Below are positions 39,801 to 52,924 of a DNA stretch of 64,000 nt, one piece after another. The stretch is from Octopus vulgaris (taxonomy: Eukaryota). How positions within the stretch are numbered: position 1 is the first letter of the stretch; the number at the start of each line of letters is the position of its first letter. Below the pieces are notes generated by a model. It was given only the letters and a program-made list of their open reading frames with translations. It was not told the DNA's origin and did no database searches. A program made the translations under genes and the position numbers. The stretch is from NCBI GenBank assembly GCA_951406725.2, contig OX597822.1, positions 15,376,001-15,440,000 of the forward strand, read 5' to 3'.

Positions 39801-40581
39801 CGAAATATATTTGGTTTTTGTGCTGAAGCAGCGATACGCTAGTGTCAATATATTCTGAGAACTATAGTTTTTCCAGATGAACTAAATATTGTTTCTTATA
39901 GAAATTAACAGCATAAATTAGATAAACATATCTATACGATTCTCGGAAAGTTAGTGATTATCTCTGTTATGCGGTATTAATTTGATGTGAGGTAAACAAT
40001 ATCTCTCCGGGGAGATAGCTTATCAAAGATATTCTTCACAGAGCATTCGAGAAGTAATCTCCTCAACCTAGTGGACGGTAAAAGGCATAATGAAGTGTCA
40101 TTCTCATATGCAGAATGAAGCATCTTTAGCTACTAGTTATAAGATCAACCGTTGAGCAGATTTGCGTTGCCAACTTATCGCATAATTATAAATTACGATT
40201 AAATCTGATTGCTGATACGCATGATTATATACGCTTGTTTAATAGGAAAGCAAGCAAATATCTCGTTGAATCATTTACATCATTGTTATCATTTACATCA
40301 TTCTTGTCAATCTAAGTCTGCAGCTGATACGTCTACAAAGTCGCTGTCAATGCACATACGCGTTTGCAAACAACAAAAGTTCAAATAAGATTGGTATTTT
40401 CAATTTTAAGATATCACACGCAAACACACACACACACACACATATACAAACACACACACACGTTACGCTCGATAATCTGTCTAATGTACTTATGGCTGTT
40501 ATAATTTCTATATTCGCCTTGATTGATCGTTAGCCACTAAATCTTTTTTTCTATTTTCTCTCTCTGCTTATTTCTGCGTTC

Positions 40582-40617
40582 TTTTCTGTTGAAGAGCGTA
40601 GGCTCAAAACATAAAAC
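40582..40617 (+). ncRNA. Decayed minimal hammerhead-like motif in a short repeat (~40470-40720; related fragment at 9057-9120)
   Basis: TTTT CTGTTGA a GAGC-gtag-GCTC AAAAC AT AAAA; two core deviations. Confidence 0.4.
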
Positions 40618-40884
40618 ACATTCTCACTTCCCGAGCGTTAAACTAATACATCTGTTTGTTGTTTACACACCCGTCTTCGTCTTTTATTTTGTTGGTTCTT
40701 TTTAGTAAATTCGAACTATAATTACTATGTCCTTGATTATTTACGATTTCTATGCCAAACAATATTTTGTCAATCAATACTTTCCTGATAGATCATTGTT
40801 CAATATAACTCACTTGTATACTGTGATTAGATTCGACATCGAATTGACAAATCAACACTCTCTACGTAACATCCTGCGTGTAGA

Positions 40885-41100
40885 GGCCGCGAGCTGGCAG
40901 AACCGTTAGCACACCGGGCGAAATGCTTGGCAGTATTTCGTCTGGCTTCAAGTTCTGAGTTCGAATTTCACCACGACTCACTTTACATTTCATCCTTTCG
41001 GTGTCTATAAAACAAGTTCTCGTTGTGCACTGGGGTCGATGTAATCGACTTAACCCATCCCCAGAAATTGTTGGCCTTGTGCCAAAATTTGAAACCAATA
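40885..41100 (+). mobile_element. tRNA-headed SINE (second family)
   Basis: GAGCTGGCAGAACCGTTAG head, B-box-like GAGTTCGAATTTC; decayed relative at ~39060-39200. Confidence 0.65.
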
Positions 41101-42528
41101 CCATGCGTTTATAAAAGGGAATTAAAATGAATCCCTTCCTTTACTCGGTTTCTAACCTTTGTGTATCTTTCCGAAATCAATATTAAACAAGTCTGCATTA
41201 ACATATTGCTGAATCTTAAAGGTTTCCTGTAATACCTTCCTCAAAATAGCAGTAATTTCTTCCGCAGGTACTTTTATCTAGATTGAGGTAGTATCTGGAA
41301 ATTTAATTTCCGTTTGGCATTGTATTTTCATCGGAAGTAAAAGTTTATTTTTCAAGAAGACATTAAATGTAGCATTTTCTGTATTACGAGACCAAATAAT
41401 AGGAATGTTGCACATAATGGATCTCTTACTGTATGTGCATCTTTGCTCTGAGAAATACGATATTCCTATGGCTTCGTCAGAAGCTAACATTCGTATGTTT
41501 ACTCATAACTGATCGTGGTTATCTTGACTTTTACATAGACATTAGGGATGCAAAGAAGAAAATGTAGTACAAACATAGTATTACGAAAACAAATTCTCCC
41601 TGTAATAAATGTTACACAGTCACAATTCCAGCGACTGGTTTATTAGGATGTTATAAAATGGCTGTCAAAAGTGTAAACTTATCAAGACAAGTAGATTTAG
41701 GCTCCCGTCGAACTATAAATTTCTTATTCTGGAACTCTGATATTAGCCTAATTCAAACGGTGTGTCCTGTCTTAAAAGACAACCACCTCTGAATTCGTTG
41801 GTGAATTCAAATCAGCTACATTTCACACAGTGAGTAACGCATTAAACGTCATTAGCCATAGTGTCAGACTTCTTTTCATCCAACCTTTATACACTTCTGT
41901 AATTTTCAAAAGAGGATATTACGAAGTATTTAATGATAATGGTAATGCCAGTGATAAAAGAATCATCACTAAGATGTTTATGGAGAATTTGATAGCGCGG
42001 ATGATTTCCCAAATATTGTCATTAAGTACTTTATGCTATTAGAAACTCAGTGATGAATAGCAGAAATAATGCTTTTGTGGTCAGTGGACAATTTAATAAA
42101 TTCAGAATTCATCAGGTATTAAATCGTGTAGAATGTAGAGATTTACAAGATAACACAAAATTGAATTTCTTGTTGGAAAATATATTAATTACGTAAGAAT
42201 AAGTATTGAACGTACAATAATAGCCATGTCTATGTTCTAGTTTCCTTCCAACATAGTTTACAAATATAATCATTGACAAAAAAAAAAAAGGTCGTAGATA
42301 TTCCTAGGTGGTTAGTTAAGAAAAATTATTTGTGTGACTTTATGTCCTGCGTTTTAATCGGACTAATGACAAATTGATAATTGATGACAGCACTTATCAG
42401 ATACAGATAAAGCAAATAATAGCTTCCTCGGAAGGAAATACTCCATTTATGTTGGAGGCCAATACTAATAAAATGTAAGGAATATTTAAACATATGAACT
42501 AATTTCACTATATGTATGTATATGTAAA

Positions 42529-42597
<69 letters not shown>

Positions 42598-42696
42598 GTG
42601 TGTGTGTGTTTGTGTGTGTTTGTGTGTGTGTATGTGTGTGAGAGTAGATATATACATATAAATACATATATGTATGTATAAAATATTCTATAATTA

Positions 42697-43388
42697 TATA
42701 TTTATAATTATAAGAAGAGTTTGGCTTTACGCCTCACCACGCAACTGCTAGAAATAGAAGCTAAGGCTTCTATTACCACTTTGAAATCTCAGAGAAATAA
42801 AGTACTATATTGCAGGTAAACAAAAGAAAAATAATGAATATACAAGGTTGGTCAACTCCGTACCCGATTCGGATTTCAAGTTTAAAGTAAAATTAAAATG
42901 TTTCGCTTACTGTTATCAACGGAGGTACACCATGACATACATTTCCGAGTGATTCAAAATATGCATCCAACCGGCGTCAATAGATGACCAATATTGATCC
43001 ACCCTCACAAAAATATCCCACCAAGTATAATTCACATCCCTCTACTGTACCCACGTATTATGTGCAATGATCTTGACTGCAGTAAATGCAGTTTCGAACA
43101 AGGAGTAAATTTATTTAAATATTAATTTAAATATAGGGTAAAATCAATAATAATTTAACCAGCTGGTCAGTGCGGAAATAATACCTTAATAGGTAAATTT
43201 TATAAAGGTGATGATAGAAGCCTTAGCTTTTATTTCTAGCAGTTGCGTGGTGTGGCATAAAGCCAAATCCTTCTTATAATTATAATTATATAATCATAAA
43301 ATATTTTGTAAAATGTTTCTATTATTTCCGCACTGACCACCTGGTAAAATTATTATTTATTTTACCCTATATTAGAATTAATATGTAA

Positions 43389-43390
<2 letters not shown>
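42697..43390. repeat. Two interleaved inverted repeats (A...B A' B') between (TA)n tracts
   Basis: A ~42700-42782 versus A' ~43204-43290; B ~43110-43183 versus B' ~43320-43390. Confidence 0.8.
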
Positions 43391-43422
<32 letters not shown>

Positions 43423-43425
<3 letters not shown>

Positions 43426-43684
43426 GTAAACAATTAACCGTATCCCTTATAATTGTGATTTATTCATAATAGTGATTTATTCATAATATATATATATATA
43501 TATAAATGATACTGTTCCAAAGTGGCAGTATTAACAAAATAAGTACTTCGTCTGTTCATCATGTGAACGATTAAGGCCCGAGTATTGCGTGAAGGCGCCA
43601 TGCGTGTTAAAAAGGTTGTATGAGAGGTTTTCATCGCATGGAACTAATAGTAGCTCATAGAAGAATATTTTGTGATTATTAGAT

Positions 43685-43748
<64 letters not shown>

Positions 43749-44065
43749 GGCTGGCCAGATCGGAGCAATCTCAAGATTAATCAGCCGAAATTGCGAAGAT
43801 GATCCGGTTCTTGATTGAAGATTGAGGGCTTCGAATATCCCGTCCGTGTTTTTTGTATCGTCTTCTAAATGTTTGACGTTCTTGTCCCAGTTTGTATTTT
43901 TTTACATTTACATATATATATAAGCGTCGACGTACCCTTTTTGGTCTTATACGTAAGTATATATTCTTTAACACATGGTACGACTCTACGAATGTATATA
44001 TATATATATTAATATGTATGAATGTATATATATATATATATACATATATACATTAATATGTATAA

Positions 44066-44137
<72 letters not shown>

Positions 44138-44873
44138 GTATATTGAAACAAAGAAAGTGGATAAAAATAGAATTTATGAATAATTTTTGTATGATGTAAA
44201 GTTGCTGGAATTTTTAAAAACAAAATAAAATAATTTATAAGTTCTAAAGATCAAAAAATGGTCAAAAAATCTACGTATATATGTTTCAGCTCTAGCCACT
44301 TGTTGATATGCAATTCTAAGTATTTCGTTTTATGCTGAGAAATGTACCATTTATTACTATGTGGGACAGAATACAGGATATTCTGTAAGCATCCTTCAAC
44401 GAAAAATGTTCATATAAGTTCTATAAGCTCATAATAACCCTGAAGAAGTTATGCCCCATAAAGTTAAAAAATTATACCTTTCTTGGCATGTAACCAAATG
44501 CTTGAATGCATATCAACTAGGATCTACAACGGAAACATATATGTAGGTTTTTCACATTTTCTGATCTATACCACTTATAGTTTATTTGTATTGTTGTTTT
44601 AAAATATTTCAACATCCTTATATCATACAAATAAATTATACATACATCCATTTTTCTCCATTTTCTTTCTTTAAGCATTAATATGTATTGCAGAGACCTT
44701 CGCATTATATGATAGTAATTAACTAGTGGAATCTCTTGTCTTTTGGTTCATATAATTCCTAATGTGGATCTAAGACTGCCTATATATAATTAAAAAAAGA
44801 ATGTAATAATACATTACGAAGGATAGATCGTAAACAATTAACCGTATCCCTTATAATTGTGATTTATTCATAA
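43423..44873 (+). repeat. Exact 47-bp direct repeat pair (43423-43469 and 44827-44873)
   Basis: ATCGTAAACAATTAACCGTATCCCTTATAATTGTGATTTATTCATAA at both sites. Confidence 0.9.
44436..44549 (+). ncRNA. Type I hammerhead with intact core and ~85-nt stem II region
   Basis: AACC [CTGAAGA] a GTT...AAC g [GAAA] C-ATATAT-G [TA] GGTT; palindromic ACATATATGT stem III; stem I AACC/GGTT. Confidence 0.7.
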
Positions 44874-45084
44874 GAGTAAACACTCTTCAATTCTTCATCA
44901 TTATAAACACACATACACACACATGTATATATAAATTGTTCTTTTATTCAGTTATGTTTACTCTATACTTTTGTAGGGTACGAATTCGTTACACTTAAAA
45001 AACAATGTTATTGGCAGTGACGTCGAAGATTCGACCACACGCACACACACACACACACACATATATATTTACACATTGATACTT

Positions 45085-45770
45085 TGATAGGTTTCAGCCG
45101 GTAGTGGCCCACGCCATGTATAACTTAATAGCACCACCTGGCGATGTCATTCAAATCAGGAATCGGGTAACATGACTAACTCGAGTAAAGAGGGGGACAT
45201 ATCCACGTGCAGGAGTTTTATCTCAGATTTCTTGAAAAAAATTCTCCAAAGACTGCAATGAACTTTCTGTGTCATTTCTGCTTGAATGTGTTTTGGTGTA
45301 ATGTTAAAGAGAGCCGGGACAATTGAGCTGAAATAATTGTGTCGTATTTTTGTTATGAGATGCGAGTGTCATTTACGTTGTGGTGGATAACAAGGGACCC
45401 AAGTCTTGGGAGTATCTTAGAGGTGATGCCAATATTATTTGGGCAATGTTGATGGAATATTTTCCACATCAAGCAGATAATGTAGCGCTCAGTGTGACGT
45501 TGAAGGGAATAAAACTTGAAGTTCTCTTGTCGACCCCAATAGTCAAGGCCTATCATGCCAGCTATATTTTTAGTAAATGACCTTTGATGTACTTCAAATT
45601 TCATGACGCTTTGTTTCATGTGGGTATACCACTATAGACAACAGTATTTAAAGTGGGGTCGGGAAAATGTGCAGAAGAGAAGGATAATGGTGTAGATGTC
45701 TCTCAAATAAAAAGTTCTGGGAATCCAGGAACACATTCTGCCATATGAACTTTGCCGTTTATACGAGCGG
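45085..45770 (-). mobile_element. CR1-type LINE 3' remnant
   Basis: QRSFTKNIAGMIGLDYWGR...YSLQRHTERYIICLMWKIF aligns with the 58880-59515 ORF pieces; tail GGTGGTGC...CATGGC...GGCTGAAAC. Confidence 0.7.
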
Positions 45771-45829
45771 CCTAGCATAAGTTGCTGTCCACAATTACTC
45801 TCTCACACGCGCACACACATATATATATA

Positions 45830-45867
<38 letters not shown>

Positions 45868-45869
45868 TA

Positions 45870-45910
<41 letters not shown>

Positions 45911-46917
45911 GTATGTATATATATATATGCACATGTATATATATATATACACATGTATGTATATATATATATGCACATGTATATATATATATACACATGT
46001 ATGTATATATATATTTCTCCCGTCATTAGACTACGTATCATGGTTCGGCTTCGGCTTCCCGAACAGCCACATGTATACACATTACTTCAACAATTATTTG
46101 CACTTTACAATGAATCTACAAATACTTCTGTAAGATTTCACATACATCAGAAAAATATATAATGAACATGCAAACAAAGAGTGCTTAACAACGAAAACAA
46201 ATATTTCCTTAAGTTTCCTCCTCTGGATAACGTCCAAAATACAATCATACGTTATAAAGAATGCCAAATAATAGTTGTCAAAATTTCTAGCTATATTTAT
46301 GTTCACCTTATCGAGTATACATCTACAAAAATGAATATGATTTATTAAAAATGCTATCATTTTCGTCTATTATATCTAAGCATGAGACTACAACTACAAA
46401 TATGTGCAGTAGGTTAAAATTAATCAAAAAATACAATTACTGAAAAGAAAAGTAATATTTGAAAAGTGAAATAGTAATAATATTTCTTTAAGAAATAATA
46501 GATGCTTGAAGTCAAAGTCATAAATTTCAAGTTTTACAATTATATAAAAAAAAACTTCAAACAAAAATATATTCCATAGTGGTGAATTTATCCAAAGAAA
46601 ATACAATGTACTAAATTATAGAACAAATACACAAAACACACGCGAAAAAATAACCATACATGACAAGACAATAGATCAGCTGGTATGATACATCATTCAT
46701 CTGAAGATCATTGTCATATGTTTCTCAATAACATCATTTATTTCTATGTTTATATTTTTACATTGAAATACATACATGCCCATATAGTTAAAGATAAATC
46801 GCTATTCTTACGTACATATCTACACACATACATGTGTAACTAAAGAGACAGACAGATATAGAATGATTTACTTAGTTCCTTGCTTATACAAACACATGTA
46901 TATGTATATATATATAT

Positions 46918-46959
<42 letters not shown>

Positions 46960-46960
<1 letters not shown>

Positions 46961-47212
46961 TGGCGACCACAACTGTTAACCATTCTAGAAACAACCTCAC
47001 AGGTTTTTGAGGTGTGGAAGTGGACATATTCTAAAAGCATTTGGACATATCTCTGTCTGAAATCTCGGTTTAATCCTCGTCTCGAGAGAAGGCGCAAAGA
47101 AGAGCAGCCGCGGCCTACTGGGGTCGTCACCAAAAACAGTACAGAAATAGATCCAAATACACTTAATGTCGCTGCTCCAGCTTGGCCCCAGCATTTGGCT
47201 GAATCTAAATAA
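46960..47212 (+). mobile_element. CR1-type LINE extreme 3' remnant
   Basis: Broken frame RPQL..IL / VEVDIF*KHLDISLSEI...QRRAAA matches RGPQLFNI / VDVGFFKTKLDRFLSRV...QMRAAA of the 58820 element; tail GCTCCAGCTTGGCCCCAGC...GGCTGAA. Confidence 0.65.
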
Positions 47213-47214
47213 GA

Positions 47215-47525
47215 CAAAGAAAGACTTTATCCCAGCTTTAATCATCAGTTACAATTGTTTCTATACCAACTCTGCTATCAACTTCAATTCACAAAGAATT
47301 TCCCATTGAAAATCTACGTAATATTTGCGGTTTGAAATATTAAAATGTCGCTTCGTATTACATGCGATAGAGCCACGATCTTCCATTCTGCGCACAATGT
47401 AAGAGCGCACCTTTGATATATGAGCGTTCATTTCTGATTTCTGTGTGACCTTGCGTTGAAAGCAGTGCTCGTACAGAAACAGCTGTAACTGATTATTACA
47501 AATATGTTCAAGTCGGTCTTTATCC
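47215..47525. repeat. Old palindromic element with an outward-facing hammerhead 3' half in each arm
   Basis: ATCAGTTACAATTGTTTCTATAC (47244-47266) versus GTACAGAAACAGCTGTAACTGAT (47471-47493); GAAAC-AATT-GTA and GAAAC-AGCT-GTA; related to 52556-52924. Confidence 0.55.
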
Positions 47526-47721
47526 TCTTATTTGGATTATATTTTTTTGTGTTCGCTAAATCCACACAACAGCTTTATATTTGCGAAACATGCATCTTCT
47601 GCACCTGAAGAATTATTTCGATATTAATCCATAATCCGACAGATTAGATAACCTAAAGCTTGGGTTATATGCTGCACTGAATATATCCTACCGTTATAAT
47701 CATTGTATATATATATATATG

Positions 47722-47752
<31 letters not shown>

Positions 47753-47831
47753 TTGTATGAGTGTATATTTTTGTATATATGTATGTATAAGTGTCTGTGT
47801 ATATATATATATATATATATATGTCTGTATG

Positions 47832-47878
<47 letters not shown>

Positions 47879-48183
47879 ATGTGTGTAAATGTGCATCTAT
47901 ATATATAAATGTATTATATATATATTTATATATATATAATTATATACATACACATTCATGTATTCGTTTTGCATTTGCATTCGTCAGTGCTCTACAAACA
48001 TGCTCAATTAGAATATAGAGGCCCGGTTAATAACGTATATGTAAAAATATTATTAACACATAGAACCGACATGACACTTAGAGTGATTACAGAGATCACT
48101 CACATAGTAATATACAAACCGAGCCTCAACAGAAAGCATGAATACTTATGGTAACATTCAAGAAAAAAACAGATACAAACGTA

Positions 48184-48954
48184 CGTGTTCTGATCAAGAA
48201 GTATCCGGACTGTTGTCATAGTAACGAAGCTAAAGCTCGGAAAGTAAAGCTGCTTGACACAGGTTGACCGCGAACTCTTTGTGGATGTGCTCTTTTGTGG
48301 GTGTGCATCTTCTAGCTCACCTTCACTGTTCACAACAGTGCTTAGAAGGAAGGTGTGTAGTGTGTGATTGTCGCATTGACGATGACAGGAAAAGATGAGC
48401 AGAAAATCTGCATAAAATTTTCCAAAATTTTGGTGATACCTGCTCAGAGGCCTAAACAACATTTTCAAAACGCTTTCACCATTTTGAACACAATCAAGAC
48501 AGCAGTGATAATGGACTGAAGAAAACCTTCCTTAATCTGCACATCCTCTGATAATTCGTGGATTTCCCCTCACAGCTGCACGTACATCTGCGATGTTTTT
48601 CTCAGTTCTGCTGGTTACGTGTCTCCCAGAAAGTTCGTCAATATCGGCATTTTTTCGGCCATCTTGGCACCGTCTGAACCACTTGTACACTTGTGTCCAC
48701 TCATACACTCCTCCCCATACACTTCCTGCAACTTTGCGGAGGTCTCTAAGCAGATATCGCCATTACAACTTTCTGTTATGGCCAAAGCGACGTTCTTTCC
48801 AAGCACGACTATAAACAGCAGAAGCGAACTAGAACTTTAAACTTAGTGTGCATGCACTTAGTGTTCAAGGTCAATATTCGCCAGGCGGCTTTACTCTGCG
48901 TGCTTTAGCGTCGTTTCTATGGCATCAAACCGGATACTTATTGATCAGACCTCG
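48184..48954. mobile_element. Mariner-derived composite: two different 5' ends joined in convergent orientation
   Basis: TA|CGTGTTCTGATCAAGAAGTATCCGG and CCGGATACTTATTGATCAGACCTCG|TA; plus half encodes EQKICIKF-like N-terminus, minus half encodes TSAKLQEVYGEECMS HTH region. Confidence 0.7.
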
Positions 48955-49363
48955 TATAATACATAAAACTACAAAGAGTCGCGCACGACACACACACACA
49001 CACATTGAAGACAGAATGAAAAGGACAAATAAAGAAGTAAATACACGAATTAAAATAAAATAACTAAATAAAAACACATGAACAAAGACTTCGACACGCG
49101 CACACACACGATACCGACGTAGATGCATTGGCAAATAAGGATACACAGCACAGAATGCCAGAATGTGACAAAATAGAAGAGCATGAGACAGGTGCGATGG
49201 GGAGTCGGTGGAGAGGGAAGTAAATGTGTGACGAAAGATTTCAGACATAAGACACCAAAATAAGAATAAGAATAAAACTAAAGTGAAGACAAAGTATAGA
49301 GTGCGTGTGGTTAATTGTCAAAACAAATGTGTCCAAACCGGAATATAACACGATGTATATATA

Positions 49364-50530
49364 CTAGCTGAAGGTGACCCGCTCTACGCGCGGGTAAGAG
49401 TGTGGTTGTTACTTTCTGTTGCTTCCTTTCAGCACGTAAAAAGCACTATCCGAACGTGGCCGAATACAGCGCCGCCTTGACTGGCTTCTGTGCCGGTGGC
49501 ATGTAAAAAGCACCAACTGATCGTGGCCGCTGCCAGCCCCCCTGGCACCTGTGCCGGTGGCACGAAAAACCCACCCACTACGCTCACAGAGTGGTTGGAG
49601 TTATGAAGAGCATCCACCTGTAGAAACACTGCCAAATCAGACTGGAGCCTGGTGCATCCTCCTGGCTTCCCAGACCCCGGTCAAACTGTCCAAGCCAAGC
49701 TAGCACGGAAAACGGACGTTAAACGACGATGATGATGATCATGATCATGATCATGATGATTCTCCCTCTTTGTTTCTCTTTCCTTTCTCTCTCATTTTCC
49801 CCACTCTCTTACTCTTCCTTCCTCTCGGACTCTCCCTCGCTTTCTCTTACTCTCTATTTTTATCTATCTAATTCTCTCCTATTTATAAACAACAAAAAGA
49901 TCTTGAGTAAGTTGAGAAAGAAAATATTTAGAAAGATCAATCATAAATATCTGACAGTGACAACGGAAAGATCTGCTTCAAGGCAGACAGCAAAACACTA
50001 ACATTTAAAAGGGACAGTCGAACTTGCGAGCTGAATAAAAATAATAGAATATTGGAAACCAAAGTTTGAAGGGATAGAATCTGAGGATAGTAGAAACACC
50101 ATGGCTGGCATTTCTTAACGACGGACAGCAACGTTTTGACAGTTTAACGGCTGGCGTAAAATTTTGAACTTGATGTAAAAGAAAATCCCTAAACACCAAG
50201 TTTTGAAGTGATTCTTTCTCACGACAGTAGACTCACCATAGCAAGCATTCAAAACTTCTTCATCATGGACGGCAACACATTGACGATTAAAAGGCTGGCG
50301 CAAATTTTTTAGCTTGATGTAACAGAGAATTGCTAAACACCTGCTCCTTTAAATTTTAATCCCCTTCCAGCCCCATTTAGACCCTTTTCACATTTTGGTT
50401 AATATAACCCGATTTCATTTGGGTCTACTGGGGCCAAATTTTATAAGATGAGGAATTTTGTCCTAGAGGTCACGCCTTTCATTTGAGGGAAGAAAATAGT
50501 TGTCATGCAAACTTGCGAGCACTTTCAACA
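49364..50530 (-). mobile_element. Non-autonomous Helitron remnant interrupted by a SINE; right boundary uncertain
   Basis: CTAG|T at 49364-49367 with hairpin ACCCGC...GCGGGT. Confidence 0.5.
49430..49760 (+). mobile_element. SINE 3' portion with internal tandem units and (GAT)n tail
   Basis: Three TAAAAAGCAC-type units; ends AAACGGACGTTAAACGACGATGATGATG. Confidence 0.65.
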
Positions 50531-50573
50531 TAGGTCTGCATATATTCAGCTCAACCGACCACATAATGCATAC

Positions 50574-50614
<41 letters not shown>

Positions 50615-50624
50615 ATATATGTGT

Positions 50625-50663
<39 letters not shown>

Positions 50664-51484
50664 GGAGTCTCTCTCATACGTGAACGTTGACGCTGAATTC
50701 GACTGGTAAGCAGGTAACCGTGTCTTTGTTGAAATAGTTGTGAGCTGCTGGAGTTATTTCTCTGACGGGTAATAGGAATTTCCATATCCTCCGAGGAAAT
50801 TAACTGTTGACCTAGACAATTAGAATTAATTTTAATAAAAGCATCAATTTAAGAAAAAATAATAAAGTAGTAAAAAATGAAAATTTATCATGAAAAATTT
50901 GCAGGGTTCTAAATAAATGTTAAAATGTAATAGATACGAAAAACCTACGTTATCGCCAGCACACGAACGCTGGTTGGTGTGTTCTGTTTGTATTTGCTCC
51001 GTCGGCGCGTTGACAGACAGACAATAGAACGCGATGGCGGTGGCGATGGTAATTCTCTCTATGAATGCAGACAGTTACATAAAAGAAGGCCGTTTGAGGA
51101 AATGAAAGTAATGGGAATGTATGAAATAGAGTGAGTGAAAAAGTGCTGGGAAGAGAGGAAATAGCGAGAGTGAGTTGAGGGAGACAGATTCATTAAAGAA
51201 CCGGAGTGGACTTGTCAAAGTGGGTTTTTTAGCCCTAGCAACGACACCTTTTAAGATAGGGATTTCTAAGGTAGCCCACTGGCATCGTCACCTCATTTTT
51301 GACATGTCCCTGTAAATGTTGGAGTCAATCGGACGAGATGTAGTGGCCTTGAAAGCGATCCAAGCGATAAAAACGCATTTCAGTTGTATATATATATATA
51401 TATATGAATAAATATGTATGTCTGTATATATATGTATGTATATAAATATATGTACATATAGATGTATGTATATATGTATATATA

Positions 51485-51521
<37 letters not shown>

Positions 51522-51589
51522 TAAATCCAACGTGAGTACGTGGTTACATGTGAAGTATTAGCAGACGCTCAGGTAAGGAAAGAAAGATG

Positions 51590-51624
51590 GTTTAATGTTT
51601 CGAGCAATACTCTCCGTCAGAAAC
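51590..51624 (-). ncRNA. Minimal hammerhead-like motif in a ~175-bp element (51520-51696) between (TA)n tracts
   Basis: Minus: GTTT CTGACGG a GAG-tattg-CTC GAAAC ATT AAAC; A9 reads G; downstream GAGCGT..CTAATAC shared with the 40630 and 9060 repeats. Confidence 0.5.
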
Positions 51625-52497
51625 AAGGGAATGTCCAATAGAAAGGGAAGACGGAGGAAGAAGATCGCCTACGATTCAAATATGGTCACATTTTGAATAT
51701 ATATATATATATATATATACGCACATAGTTCATATCTGCCAGTAAATATAAATTTGACTCTCCCTCAGAATTGCACTAAGTAAAAATAGAGTTGTATGAC
51801 ACGTACTAATACATAGTCATGCGCACGCACAAACTCACACACAAACAAACATGTATACATACATGCAAACATACATAAATATATGGAGGTTTAAATATAT
51901 AATATAATATGGACCTATGCAGCGAGTAAGAAGATTACTCTCTAAATACGATGGTTAAAATCCTGGAATATTGGTAATCTGCAAAGAATTATTAATTCTG
52001 TTGCTGCCAAGATTTCAGACCAACAAATAAAATATTCGTTGATAATGCAAATTTAAAGAATTGTATTCAAAAATATTCCCAAGGGAATCTTCTGTACAAA
52101 TAACTAATGCTGAATTGCAGGCAATTTTCCTAGATTGCTGAGCCGAAAATAATTTTTAATTAAGTGAAATTATTCTCGAATGAGAAAAAATAATTAGCGT
52201 TATCCGAATTCCACTGAATTCTATGTGGAGATCTTTACAGTAGAGTATGATGCCCTTATTCGTAGTCCTTGTAATACATGTATTTCGGGACACGTCCACC
52301 ATTTAGATTCATTTCAACCTTGACGTTGTCAAGCCAATGTCAATGAAAATTCATATAGCAACATAAAACGAACAGGACTGAAAACATGGAGTACATTCAA
52401 AGATTAACCCAAAAAGATTTCGAGAATTCCAAATCTGACATTTTTTCTTGAAGAACATATAGATGAATACAAGGTAAATTTATTGTACTTCTGACGC

Positions 52498-52543
<46 letters not shown>

Positions 52544-52555
52544 CCAAATATTAAA

Positions 52556-52924
52556 AAGACAAAGAAATTATTTAAAACATCTTTGATTCGTTACAATCGT
52601 TTCTGTACCAACTCTGCTTGCAACGCCTGTTTACCCAACAATTCGAAATGAAGATTTATGCAATGTTTCTGATTTTAGTCACGAGAATGATACTTCAAAG
52701 GTTCGATATTTCATTGGGCGTCTTCCATAAGCCAAAACGAAAAGATAACAATGTCTGGTACATGCGCAATGCAAGACTGATAAAATACCACTCTGACGTC
52801 TAAAACCGCAAATATTGCATAAATTTTCATTTCGAAGTTTTGCTTAAACTGGCGTTGGAAGCAGAGATGTAAAGTAACAATTGTATCGAATCATTAAAGA
52901 TATCTTAAATAATTTCATTGTCTT
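52556..52924. repeat. Diverged palindromic element (~125-bp arms), each arm with a decayed long-stem-II hammerhead
   Basis: Right arm: CTGATAA (52777) ATAC-CACTCTG...CAGAG-ATGTA..GTAAC-AATT-GTA; left arm minus: CAGAGTTGGTACA GAAAC-GATT-GTA. Confidence 0.65.

Noticed and set aside
38300-42100. Non-repetitive-looking region with short minus-strand ORFs (e.g. 41278-41490)
   Set aside because: No recognisable domain or consistent splice chain could be built by eye; needs a homology search
43748-43800. GGCTG...CAGCC-GAAA resembling hammerhead stem II
   Set aside because: The 5' core is absent (cut by TA repeat) and no UH cleavage site closes stem III
45360-45572. Plus-strand ORF that looked like an exon splicing in phase to 46989
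   Set aside because: The minus strand encodes a recognisable CR1-type LINE C-terminus; the plus ORF is its antisense shadow
46989-47212. Apparent terminal exon VFEVWKWTY...HLAESK*
   Set aside because: Another frame aligns with the LINE ORF2 end and the region finishes in the LINE 3' tail
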